Origin: an uncultured Eubacteriales bacterium
GTDB taxonomy: Bacteria > Bacillota > Clostridia > Christensenellales > CAG-138
Length of the DNA: 64,000 nt
Direction of reading: 5' to 3'
Assembly: GCA_900319345.1 (NCBI GenBank)
Contig: ONNZ01000002.1
Coordinates: 21,111-85,110 of the forward strand
Below are positions 37,675-46,043 of the stretch, one piece after another. Under the pieces are notes generated by a model that saw only the letters and a program-made list of their open reading frames with translations, did not search any database and had not been told where the DNA came from. The stretch's first letter is position 1. Each line of letters begins with the position of its first letter. The translations under genes and the position numbers were made by a program.

Positions 37675-38784
37675 TCACGATCCGCCTCCGAAGCAGCCCG
37701 CCGCCCCGCCGATGGACACACCCAGCATGGCCCCGGCGGCCAAGATCAGCGCCCCGAGGACGGTCAGCATCTCCCCCAGGGCCGCCAGCATGGTGCCCAT
37801 CTCCCGCTGATCGAGGGGCAGGAGCAGGGCGGCCGCCCCCCGGAGGCCGAAGCCATGCAGCAACAATGCCAGGGCGGGCCCCGCCGCCTGCCAGAGGGCC
37901 AGCAGCATGCCGGTCCGGCCCAAGGCCCCCTTCACCAGGCCCAGGCAGGCCGCGGCGGCGCTCAAGGAATCCGACACCATGGACCCCACCAGGGGCAGGC
38001 TCCCCGCCGCCACCCGGCCCGTCCGCAGCAGCAGGGAATCCATCCCCGCCGCGCCGGCACCCATGAGGGCTGCCAAGAGGGAGTAGCCCAGGGAGACGGC
38101 CCGCACGCCCCACCGGGCCACGGCGAACAGCAGCCGGGAGAAGGAGGCGAGCACGCTGTCCCCCGTCAGGTCCGCCGCCCGCAGAACCCCCGCCGACAGG
38201 ACCAGGGGCACCAGGCCCCCTTCCATCCAGCGAAGGCAGGTGTGGACCAGTAGCTCCCCCAGCGTCCCCATGAGGGCTGCCCCCTGGGGGCTGCCGAGAA
38301 GCAGCAGCGCTCCGGTCATGAGGGGCACGGTCACGTCCGCCAGGGCCAGGATGCCTTTCAAACATGCCAGGCCCCGCCGGATAAGGGGCACCAGCCGCAG
38401 GAGCAGCAAAGCCGCCAGCCCCACGGACAGCACCCGGCGGGCGGGCACGCTGGGGGCGTCCAGCAGGGTTTCGAAGAGGGCCGCCAGGACCCCGGTGACC
38501 AGGGCGATCAAAAACAGCGACGCCGCCCCGGGCAGGCCCGCCCGGCCCTTCTCCTGCAGCCAGACGATGAGCCGCGACGGGTCCTCCTCCCCCTCCGCTA
38601 GGGAGCGCACCAGGGCGGAGGGCCGCTGCCACGGCTCCGTCCCCTCCAGACGGGAGAAGAACTCGTCCCAGGCGGCCAGGTCCACCCCGTCGAGCACGTC
38701 CCCCGTATCCGTAGGGGGGAGGGTGGCCGCGGGTCCGTCCAAAGGCGAAAGCAGCAGCAGGCCGCAGAGCAGGAGCGCCCTCAT
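37675..38784 (-). CDS. spoIIIAE: Stage III sporulation protein AE
   Basis: I trimmed the start to the ATG at 38784 (MRALLLCGLLLLSPLDGPAA, a signal peptide). It is polytopic and overlaps spoIIIAD as ATGA. Confidence 0.85.
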   Translation of the reverse strand: MRALLLCGLLLLSPLDGPAATLPPTDTGDVLDGVDLAAWDEFFSRLEGTEPWQRPSALVRSLAEGEEDPSRLIVWLQEKGRAGLPGAASLFLIALVTGVLAALFETLLDAPSVPARRVLSVGLAALLLLRLVPLIRRGLACLKGILALADVTVPLMTGALLLLGSPQGAALMGTLGELLVHTCLRWMEGGLVPLVLSAGVLRAADLTGDSVLASFSRLLFAVARWGVRAVSLGYSLLAALMGAGAAGMDSLLLRTGRVAAGSLPLVGSMVSDSLSAAAACLGLVKGALGRTGMLLALWQAAGPALALLLHGFGLRGAAALLLPLDQREMGTMLAALGEMLTVLGALILAAGAMLGVSIGGAAGCFGGGS

Positions 38785-39179
38785 GGGCCTATCTCCGCCA
38801 GCACGGTCTCGGCGGAACGAAGCACCTCCCGAACGGCGGGCAGCATGGCGCACAGGATCATGACCCGGCCGCACAGCTCCACCTTCAGGGCGATGTTCCC
38901 CTGGCCTCCGTCCCGGCAGATGCGGCTCCCCGCCTCCGTGAGGCAGGCGAGGCCCAGGATGCGGACCACCCGGCTCAAATATTCGGAGGACAGCTGGCCG
39001 AAGCCGGTCAGCTCCCGCAGGGAGACGCCCAGCTCCTCCGTCTGCCCCAGCAGCATCATGAGCAGCAGCGCGCCTGTGGCGAGGCCCGTCAGCAGGCCGT
39101 AGCCCCCGTTATGACGGGCCAGGGTCACCGCCAGGAGCGTGCCCACGATCCCCACGCCCAGAACGCGCATCAGCTCCAT
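38781..39179 (-). CDS. spoIIIAD: Stage III sporulation protein AD
   Basis: 132-aa membrane protein at the expected operon position. Confidence 0.85.
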   Translation of the reverse strand: MELMRVLGVGIVGTLLAVTLARHNGGYGLLTGLATGALLLMMLLGQTEELGVSLRELTGFGQLSSEYLSRVVRILGLACLTEAGSRICRDGGQGNIALKVELCGRVMILCAMLPAVREVLRSAETVLAEIGP

Positions 39180-39191
39180 TCATTACCTCCT

Positions 39192-39389
39192 TCAGTACAG
39201 GGAAAACACCCGCCGGATGGTCTCCATCAGGGAATTGACCGTCTCCAGCACCAGGAGCGTGCCGATGGCCAAGCCCACCACCGCCACCAGGGCCGCCAGC
39301 TCCTCCCGGCCGCTTTGCTTCAGCAAGGTCATGATCACGGACACCAGCAGCCCCAGGCCCGCGATCTTGATAAGGATCTCGATCTGCAT
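39192..39389 (-). CDS. spoIIIAC: Stage III sporulation protein AC
   Basis: I trimmed the start to the ATG at 39389. The 65-aa product is MQIEILIKIAGLGLLVSVIMTLLKQSGREELAALVAVVGLAIGTLLVLETVNSLMETIRRVFSLY. Confidence 0.88.
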   Translation of the reverse strand: MQIEILIKIAGLGLLVSVIMTLLKQSGREELAALVAVVGLAIGTLLVLETVNSLMETIRRVFSLY

Positions 39390-39390
39390 A

Positions 39391-39840
39391 TCACAGGACC
39401 AGCAGCAAGGCCGCCACGCCGGTGAGATACCCCACGGAGCGATAGACCTGCCCCTTGTTCTTGAGCTCGGCCGCGGTTTGCTCCCGGCTCCGTTGGAGCA
39501 GGGCCAGCAGGGCGTCCCGCTCCGCCCGCAACGCTGCCGGGGACCGGGTCTCGGACCGGGCATAGGCGGCGAGGGCGTTCCGCTCCTCCGCCGTCAGCAG
39601 GGGCATGGACGGTTCCCGGCCCCTCGAGAGGTCCATGAGCTGCTCCCGTTCCGGTGTGGGCGGGCAGCGCAAGGCCCCCTCCCGAAAGGACACCAGGGCG
39701 GTGAGCTGCCGTTCGCCGATCTCACGGATGAGCTCGTGGAGCTTTAGCAGCGCCTGCTCCCGGCGCTGCAGGCGGCGGCTCCTGCTCTCCCCCGCCAAGG
39801 CGCACAGCAAAAACAGGGCGATCCCCGCCAACAGCTTCAC
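39391..39840 (-). CDS. spoIIIAB: Stage III sporulation protein AB
   Basis: 149 aa. The GTG start overlaps the spoIIIAA stop; N-terminus (M)KLLAGIALFLLCALAGE. Confidence 0.82.
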   Translation of the reverse strand: MKLLAGIALFLLCALAGESRSRRLQRREQALLKLHELIREIGERQLTALVSFREGALRCPPTPEREQLMDLSRGREPSMPLLTAEERNALAAYARSETRSPAALRAERDALLALLQRSREQTAAELKNKGQVYRSVGYLTGVAALLLVL

Positions 39841-40739
39841 AGCGTCTTCCCCTCCTCGTCTCGTATCTCCTGGACCTGGCCGCAGCCCGTCAAGCGCACG
39901 TACCGCTGGAAGGTCCTGCCCTCGAAGAGCCGCCCCATCCCCTCCCGGCGCAGCAGCTCCTCAAAGGAACCGCCGTGAGCCGTGCAGAGCACGTCCACGC
40001 CCCGGCTTTTCGCTTCCAGCACCGCCGCCACGTCGGAGACGAGGTTCAGCTCGTCCGCCGCCAGGACCTGGGGGCCCATGGTGGACAGCAGTCGCAGCAG
40101 CCCCTCCCCCTTGCTGACGCCGGAGAGCACGTCCGTCCGATCCCCCAGATCGAAGGCTGCGGCCCCTTCCCCGGCGATCTCGTACCGCTCGTCCACCACG
40201 CCCACCCGATGGGGCGTCGCCCCGGCGAGGCCGTCGGACAGGAGGCGGACCAGGTCCCGGAGCAGGGTGGTCTTACCGCAGCCCGGGGCGGAATAGAGGA
40301 GGGTGGAGCGCAGGCGCCCCTCCTGGAGCAGATCCGGCAGCACCCCTTCCCCGCAGCCCACCACGGGCCGGAGGATGCGGATGCAGAAGCCCGTGACCGC
40401 AGCAGGCGCGCCGGTCTCGGCGGATATCCGCCCGGTGACGCCCACCCGGCCCCCCTGCTGCAGGGTGATGAATCCCTGCCGTATCTCCTTCTCCCAGGCG
40501 TACCGGGCGTGGTTGCAGAAGGCGGAAAGCAGCCCCTCCTGCTCCCCCTCCCGCAGCATGGGCCGACCGTTGGGGGCGTAGAGCAGCCGGCTCCCGGTGG
40601 GTGTGACCACCTCCATGGGCCGGCCCAGGCGCAGCCGTATCTCCGTGGCCCCGGATAGGTCCAGGGGTGCCAGGGCTTGACGCATGTCCTCCGTCAGCAG
40701 GGGCAACAGCCAGGTTTTCCAATTCGTTCCTTCATCCAT
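39837..40739 (-). CDS. spoIIIAA: Stage III sporulation protein AA (AAA+/secretion-ATPase-like)
   Basis: Walker A SAPGCGKTTLLRD. I chose the ATG at 40739 (MDEGTNWKTW). The track start at 40784 is a TTG. Confidence 0.88.
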   Translation of the reverse strand: MDEGTNWKTWLLPLLTEDMRQALAPLDLSGATEIRLRLGRPMEVVTPTGSRLLYAPNGRPMLREGEQEGLLSAFCNHARYAWEKEIRQGFITLQQGGRVGVTGRISAETGAPAAVTGFCIRILRPVVGCGEGVLPDLLQEGRLRSTLLYSAPGCGKTTLLRDLVRLLSDGLAGATPHRVGVVDERYEIAGEGAAAFDLGDRTDVLSGVSKGEGLLRLLSTMGPQVLAADELNLVSDVAAVLEAKSRGVDVLCTAHGGSFEELLRREGMGRLFEGRTFQRYVRLTGCGQVQEIRDEEGKTL

Positions 40740-40782
40740 GGTCCACTGTATGTGACGGCTTTGGTGCACATGTGCATGCAAC

Positions 40783-40813
40783 AAAAAAAGCGGCCCGCCG
40801 TAGCGAACCGCTG
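40783..40813 (-). terminator. Probable terminator after the U32 gene
   Basis: Minus strand: AGCGG...CCGCT GC-rich hairpin followed by TTTTTTTG. Confidence 0.45.
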
Positions 40814-40827
40814 AACAATATGTGGAA

Positions 40828-42852
40828 TTATAACAAGGTGCGGAAGGCCAGGCCGCTGGTGCGGTCGAACCAGGGATCTTTCCCCCGGCGGAAGCCCTCG
40901 TAGACCTGCCGACAGGTCTTGCTGTCCTCCGTGGTGAAATAGAGGGTCACGAAGTCGAAGGGCGGCAGGGCCTTGTCCCCCAGGTACAGGGGCACGGAGT
41001 TGAGGAGGGTGGTGTACCGCCGATCGTGGCAGAGCATGGGGAAGGTGACGCCCTTGCGGTCCACCAGCTCCGGTTTCCCCGCACAGCTGCCGCAGCCCTT
41101 CTCCCCCCGGGCGGGACAGGCGCGGAACTGCATGATGGGGAATCGGCCGTAAGCGAGGATGCCCCGGGGCTTCTTTCCGCCCAGCTTTGCGCCCATCTTC
41201 ACGGGCAGCTCGAAGGACAGGGTGGTATCCGCGAGGCCCATGGCTTCGTAGGTCTCCAAAGACAGGGTGTTGGTCACGTTCAAAGTGGGGCCGCCGTGGA
41301 CGACGAGCCCGGCCCGCCGGGCCAATACCAGCTCGCACACGTTCCCCGCCACCGCGTCCCTGAGACCCTTCTCCTTCAGGGCGAGAAGCCGGTCCAGGGC
41401 CGCCTGTTCCTCCAGGGGCCAGACGAGCTGGGGAAGCTCCGCCCACAGGGGCACGGCTTCCTGCAGCAGCTCCGGATGGCGCTCGATCTCCTCCAGGGGC
41501 AGGATGGCCGCTTCCGCCTCCGTCGGGAAGAAGGCCTGTTCCGCCCGCTCGAAGCGCAGGCGCAGGGCTTGTTTTTGGGAAATATAAGGCGCTATCTCGG
41601 GCGTTGCCATGGGATGGAGATCGTAGCCGTTGCCCCGACTGCGCATTTCAAGGAGCCTATCCAGGACCTCCCGCCGAAGGCCGTTCACCAGGGAGCCGGG
41701 CACGGGCAGGCCCTCCGGCAGCTCCACCCGGCAGTCGCGCACGGTGAAGGGCGTGCCGCCGGTCTTGCTAAGGTTCCGCCGGGCAATGTCCTCGGTCAAC
41801 GGGGCCATGTCCCCATCCAGGATGGGCGCGGCGGCCTGGGCCCGACGGCCAGCGCCGTCCTCCGCCGTGAGCGAAAGGGTATCGTCGGTGGCGGTGAGCT
41901 TTAGGTCCACGGGCACGCCGGGGAACTCCCGCCGGTAGAGGTCGGCCAGCTTCCCAAACACGGTCTTGGACGCCGCGGCGTCCTCCGCGGTGCGGACGCC
42001 GAACATGCGCACGTTCCGCTTGCCGGTGAGATACCCGTCGGTGAAGCCGCTGCGGGAGAACACCGCCTGCAGGGTGGCCATGTCCGGCTCCTTCCCCGCC
42101 AAAGCGTCCCGGACCGCGGTGACGGCGGCGGCCACGTACTCCGGCCGCTTCATGCGGCCCTCGATCTTCACGGAGCAGACCCCCGCCGCTTCCAGGTCCC
42201 GGACCCGGGTGATGAAGCTCATATCCTTCAACGACAGGGCGTAGGGCCGCCCGTTGCAAGATGCGTTGAGGCGGCAGGGCTGGGCGCACAGGCCCCGGTT
42301 GCCGCTGCGCTCTCCCATCATGGCAGAGTAGTAGCACATGCCGGACACGCTCATGCACAGGGCCCCATGGACGAACACTTCCAGCTCCGCCCTGGTCTCG
42401 CTCCGTATTTTGCGTATCTCCTCCAAGGTCAGCTCCCGGGCCAGGACCACCCGAGAAAAGCCCATGTCCTCCAGGGTCTTCACCCCGGCGGCGTTGTGGA
42501 CGGACATCTGGGTGGAGCCCACCAGCGGCAGGTCCGGGCAGATGGTCTTCAGCACCTTCGCCACGGCCAGGTCCTGGACGATGACCCCGTCGGGCCCCGC
42601 CTCCGCCACCTCTCGGGCGGCGGTCAAAAAGGCGGGCAGCTCCTCGTCCCGGATGAGGGTGTTGAGGGTCACGTACACCTTCACCCCCCGGCCGTGGCAG
42701 TAGTTCACCGCCTCCGCAAGGCTGTCGTCCTTGAAATTGTCCGCGTTGCGCCGGGCGTTGAAGGCGCCGGTACCCAGATAGACGGCGTCGGCGCCGCTCC
42801 TTACGGCGGCGATCAGGCTTTGTTCGTTTCCGGCAGGAGCCAATATCTCCAT
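40828..42852 (-). CDS. Peptidase U32 family protein, long form
   Basis: 674 aa. The N-terminus MEILAPAGNEQSLIAAVRSGADAVYLGTGAFNARRNADNF is typical of U32 collagenase-like / RlhA-TrhP-type proteins. Confidence 0.88.
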   Translation of the reverse strand: MEILAPAGNEQSLIAAVRSGADAVYLGTGAFNARRNADNFKDDSLAEAVNYCHGRGVKVYVTLNTLIRDEELPAFLTAAREVAEAGPDGVIVQDLAVAKVLKTICPDLPLVGSTQMSVHNAAGVKTLEDMGFSRVVLARELTLEEIRKIRSETRAELEVFVHGALCMSVSGMCYYSAMMGERSGNRGLCAQPCRLNASCNGRPYALSLKDMSFITRVRDLEAAGVCSVKIEGRMKRPEYVAAAVTAVRDALAGKEPDMATLQAVFSRSGFTDGYLTGKRNVRMFGVRTAEDAAASKTVFGKLADLYRREFPGVPVDLKLTATDDTLSLTAEDGAGRRAQAAAPILDGDMAPLTEDIARRNLSKTGGTPFTVRDCRVELPEGLPVPGSLVNGLRREVLDRLLEMRSRGNGYDLHPMATPEIAPYISQKQALRLRFERAEQAFFPTEAEAAILPLEEIERHPELLQEAVPLWAELPQLVWPLEEQAALDRLLALKEKGLRDAVAGNVCELVLARRAGLVVHGGPTLNVTNTLSLETYEAMGLADTTLSFELPVKMGAKLGGKKPRGILAYGRFPIMQFRACPARGEKGCGSCAGKPELVDRKGVTFPMLCHDRRYTTLLNSVPLYLGDKALPPFDFVTLYFTTEDSKTCRQVYEGFRRGKDPWFDRTSGLAFRTLL

Positions 42853-42878
42853 GGCAGGACCTCCCCTCGTTTGTCTCT

Positions 42879-42907
42879 ATTATAGCGACCCAAATCCCTC
42901 CTTGCAA
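42879..42907 (-). promoter_or_regulatory. SigA promoter for the U32 gene
   Basis: Minus strand: TTGCAA (42907..42902), 17 nt, TATAAT (42884..42879). Confidence 0.6.
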
Positions 42908-42930
42908 TCGCTCTTTTGTGCGGGTATACT
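42902..42930 (+). promoter_or_regulatory. SigA promoter for the plus-strand block
   Basis: Plus strand: TTGCAA (42902..42907), 17 nt, TATACT (42925..42930). It uses the same palindromic hexamer as the divergent promoter. Confidence 0.6.
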
Positions 42931-42959
42931 ATAGAAAACCCTTGGAAAGGCGCAGCGAT

Positions 42960-43850
42960 ATGGAAGTCAAGAAGTTCAGAAAAAAGTGGGGCGATCGAAA
43001 GGATGGCCGCCGGATACGGAGCCTTACCGCCATGGCCATGGTCTCCCCCTATATCATGGTGACCCGAAACACCTCCAGCAACTTCTTCCGGGACACGGTG
43101 GAGATCACGGAGATCGAGAAGTACATCCGCGAGAAGCGGCGGGAAGGGCTGAAGAACTTCGGCATCATGCACGTGATCATCGCCGCCTACGTGCGGGCGG
43201 TCTCCCAGCGGCCCGCCGTCAACCGGTTCATCGCGGGGCAAAAGATCTACGCCCGGGACGAGTATATCGAGATGTCTTTGGTGGTCAAGAAGGAGATGTC
43301 CGCGAACTCCCCCGACACCTGCATCAAGCCCATTCTGGACGCCCACGACACGGCGGCGGAGATCTATCACAAGATCAATGCCCTCATCGAGCAGAACAAG
43401 GCCACGGCGGAGCTGAACAACAACTTCGACAACACAGCCAAGCTCTTCTCCTTCATCCCCGGAGTGCTGCTGAAGTTCGCCGTGTGGCTGCTGAAGCTGT
43501 TGGACTATTTCGACCTGCTGCCCCGGAAGCTGACCATGGCCAGCCCCTTCCACGCCTCCTTCTTCATCACGTCCATGGGCTCCCTGGGCATCCCGCCTAT
43601 CTATCACCACCTGTACGACTTCGGGAACATTCCCGTGTTCCTGGCCTTCGGGTCCAAGTATCGGAAGCACGAGGTGAACGCCGACGGCACCGTGTCCGAA
43701 CGGAAGTACGTGGACATCACCGCCGTCACCGACGAGCGCATCTGCGACGGCTTCTACTACGCCTCCGCCTTCAAGCTCATGCGGACCTATCTTAAGAACC
43801 CTTCCATCCTGGACGAGCCCGTGCTGGGGCCCGTGCGGGACGTGGACTGA
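42960..43850 (+). CDS. Stand-alone 2-oxoacid dehydrogenase E2 / CAT-fold acyltransferase-like protein with a substituted catalytic His
   Basis: I trimmed the start to the ATG at 42960 (MEVKKFRKKWGDRKDGRRIRSL). The C-terminal ITAVTDERICDGFYYASAFKLMRTYLKNP aligns with the E2 motif DHRxxDG but reads DERICDG. Confidence 0.65.
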   Translation: MEVKKFRKKWGDRKDGRRIRSLTAMAMVSPYIMVTRNTSSNFFRDTVEITEIEKYIREKRREGLKNFGIMHVIIAAYVRAVSQRPAVNRFIAGQKIYARDEYIEMSLVVKKEMSANSPDTCIKPILDAHDTAAEIYHKINALIEQNKATAELNNNFDNTAKLFSFIPGVLLKFAVWLLKLLDYFDLLPRKLTMASPFHASFFITSMGSLGIPPIYHHLYDFGNIPVFLAFGSKYRKHEVNADGTVSERKYVDITAVTDERICDGFYYASAFKLMRTYLKNPSILDEPVLGPVRDVD

Positions 43851-43854
43851 TCCC

Positions 43855-44442
43855 ATGGCCGCCGACAAGCGCAAACGGCGCTTCTCCACCTACATCCTGC
43901 CCATCCTGTTCTGCGGGCTGCTGATCGCCCTGGCCGTCCTGACGGACCGGCACAAAGAACAGCCCGTCAAGGGGGTGCTGCAGGAGGGCGAGCCCCTGAC
44001 GTTGACGGAGCAGGCCATGGAGAACTACCTCTATGCCGCCGGGTTCACCCTGCGGGACGAAGCGATCCTGGACGGCAGCGGTAAAGAGGTCGGGACCCTG
44101 ACCGTCGATCGCGACGGGGACGCCGTCGCGTCCATGACCCTTTCCTTCCCCCTGTCCACCTACATTCCCACGGAGGACGACGAGGGGCTGGACGGGCTGA
44201 AAGCGGCCCACGATGCTGACGCCCAGCGGGGACAGGAGCTGTTCTTAGCCCTGTTCGACGCCATCTCCGCCACGGACAAGCGGGTGGCCGCCCGGCGGGA
44301 CAGCGCTTCAGCGAAGCTCCAGACCACCATGGACACCGGCAAAGCCGCCGCCCAGGCCGCCAACAGCTGGCGGTTCGACTTCTCCCTGGCCCCCGATACC
44401 TTCGAGGGCACGGTCACCGTGTTGTTTACACTTGTAAAATAG
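43855..44442 (+). CDS. Membrane-anchored hypothetical protein
   Basis: 195 aa. The basic N-terminus MAADKRKRRFSTYILPILFCGLLIALAVL is followed by one TM helix. Its start is 4 nt after the E2-like stop. I recognised no family. Confidence 0.6.
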   Translation: MAADKRKRRFSTYILPILFCGLLIALAVLTDRHKEQPVKGVLQEGEPLTLTEQAMENYLYAAGFTLRDEAILDGSGKEVGTLTVDRDGDAVASMTLSFPLSTYIPTEDDEGLDGLKAAHDADAQRGQELFLALFDAISATDKRVAARRDSASAKLQTTMDTGKAAAQAANSWRFDFSLAPDTFEGTVTVLFTLVK

Positions 44443-44539
44443 CGTTCAAGTAGCAAATATTCCGCAATTTGGTCATAGAGTTGTGACGTTTTGGACGAAT
44501 CTGCCTGCTATGCTCGGGGCATGGAAAGGAGGTTCAGCC

Positions 44540-46030
44540 ATGAAACGGATCACAGCTTTCTTTGTATTCTGCCTTCTTTTTCTCGTCGGCTGCCAGCCCA
44601 CGCCCACCGTGGAGACGGTGCCGCCCAAGGATTTCGACGCCCTGATCGAAAAGGCGCAAACGAGCCCCGCAACCGTGCAAGTGACGCTGGTGCCGGAAGC
44701 TGAGGATATCTCTGCCGCCGCAGCAGAGGATGCATTGGAGCGCTTTCAAATGGAGTTCTATGGGAATACAGAGGCCTTCCACGTGGTGGTGGACGCCCAG
44801 GTGGTCCGGCCCCAAGGGCCCTTCCCCATCCTGGAAGTGACCCCCGGGGACTTCGACGACGAGAGCGCCCAGCCCTTCTTCGACGTGCTGACGGAGGGGT
44901 ACACCCTGTATACGGCGGAGGAGCTGGAGACCAAGGCGTCTCTGGAGAAACAGATAACGGAGATGCAGCAGTTCATCGACGACGGGCTCCCCGGCTACGA
45001 CGGCCCGGCCAGCAAGAAGAAGGACGAGATCAAGCATTGGAAAAGCGAGCTGGAAAAGCTGAAACAGCGGTATCTCACCGCCCGGGACGAGCCGGGGACC
45101 CCGGCCGCCAAGGTGCAGCTCACCTGGCGGGAGCCGGCCAAGTACGACACCCAGACTGCCGGCGCCTTCCTGGTGCAGAGCGCGGACAGGAAGCAGACCT
45201 TCCAGGTCCGGACCAACGCCACGGGCGCCCACGGCAAGCGCAACTTTGACAGCAAAGAGGCCGTGCTCCTGTTCTACAACGACGCCGCTTTGCCGGAGAA
45301 CGCCATCCGCGCCTTCTATCAGTCCGACGCCATCGAGGACAGGGACGCCGTGCCCGTTGGATCCGGCCTGACGGCCACGCCTCGGGAAGCCCAGGAGCAG
45401 GCCGAGGCCCTGGTGCAGCGGCTGGGGCTCACGGACTTTGCCGTGAAGGACGTGCGGCTGACCCACGCCCCGGAGGAGGCGGAGGGGCTGATCGGCGTGC
45501 CCTGCTACCTGTACAGCGTGTCCTTCGCGCGGATGGTGAACGGCGTCCCCGTGATCCGGCCCACCAACAGTTCCAGCTCCGGGGACGAGGCGGAGCCTCG
45601 GCCCTCCTGGACCTATGAGGAGCTGGCGATATCGCTGCGGAACAAGGATATATACGGCTTCGTCTACGGCGGCCCCCTGGTGCTGGGAAAGACCCTGGTG
45701 GAGGACGCCAACCTCATGTCCTTCGACGCGGTCATGGAGCGATTCGACCAGATGGTGCGGGTGAAGTACGAGGGCATGATGGCCGATCCCGGCTGGGGCG
45801 GCATCCTGTCCATGGAGGTTCAGGTGGACCGGATCGAGCTCAGTTTGGAGCGGGTGGCCCAGCCGGACAACATCAACGGCGGGCTGCTGGTGCCCGTGTG
45901 GAGCTTCTACGGATCCATCCTCTGCACCCGGCCGGAGGATTCCTTCGACCACGTCTTTGACCACGCCATGCCCTTCCTCACCCTGAACGCCGTGGACGGG
46001 AATCTCATCGACCCCATGAAGGGATATTGA
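44540..46030 (+). CDS. Lipoprotein paralog 1, unknown function
   Basis: I trimmed the start to the ATG at 44540, which has an AAAGGAGG RBS. Signal and lipobox: MKRITAFFVFCLLFLVGCQPTPT. C-terminus: ...LLVPVWSFYG...FLTLNAVDGNLIDPMKGY. Confidence 0.8.
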   Translation: MKRITAFFVFCLLFLVGCQPTPTVETVPPKDFDALIEKAQTSPATVQVTLVPEAEDISAAAAEDALERFQMEFYGNTEAFHVVVDAQVVRPQGPFPILEVTPGDFDDESAQPFFDVLTEGYTLYTAEELETKASLEKQITEMQQFIDDGLPGYDGPASKKKDEIKHWKSELEKLKQRYLTARDEPGTPAAKVQLTWREPAKYDTQTAGAFLVQSADRKQTFQVRTNATGAHGKRNFDSKEAVLLFYNDAALPENAIRAFYQSDAIEDRDAVPVGSGLTATPREAQEQAEALVQRLGLTDFAVKDVRLTHAPEEAEGLIGVPCYLYSVSFARMVNGVPVIRPTNSSSSGDEAEPRPSWTYEELAISLRNKDIYGFVYGGPLVLGKTLVEDANLMSFDAVMERFDQMVRVKYEGMMADPGWGGILSMEVQVDRIELSLERVAQPDNINGGLLVPVWSFYGSILCTRPEDSFDHVFDHAMPFLTLNAVDGNLIDPMKGY

Positions 46031-46043
46031 AAGGAGTGCATAT

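Noticed and set aside
37514-38632. 372-aa and 246-aa ORFs (37514..38632 and 36981..37721) overlapping spoIIIAE/AF/AG.
   Set aside because: These are wrong-frame Gly/Pro/Arg-rich translations. The alternative frames give membrane proteins matching SpoIIIAE and SpoIIIAG. Only the last 50 codons of 37514..38632 are kept, as the AF-position peptide.
40745-40752. CATACAGT on the minus strand upstream of spoIIIAA, matching the SigE -10 consensus CATACA-T.
   Set aside because: It ends only 5 nt before the best spoIIIAA ATG (40739), so a transcript from it could not include that start codon. No matching -35 was found. The operon promoter is left unassigned.
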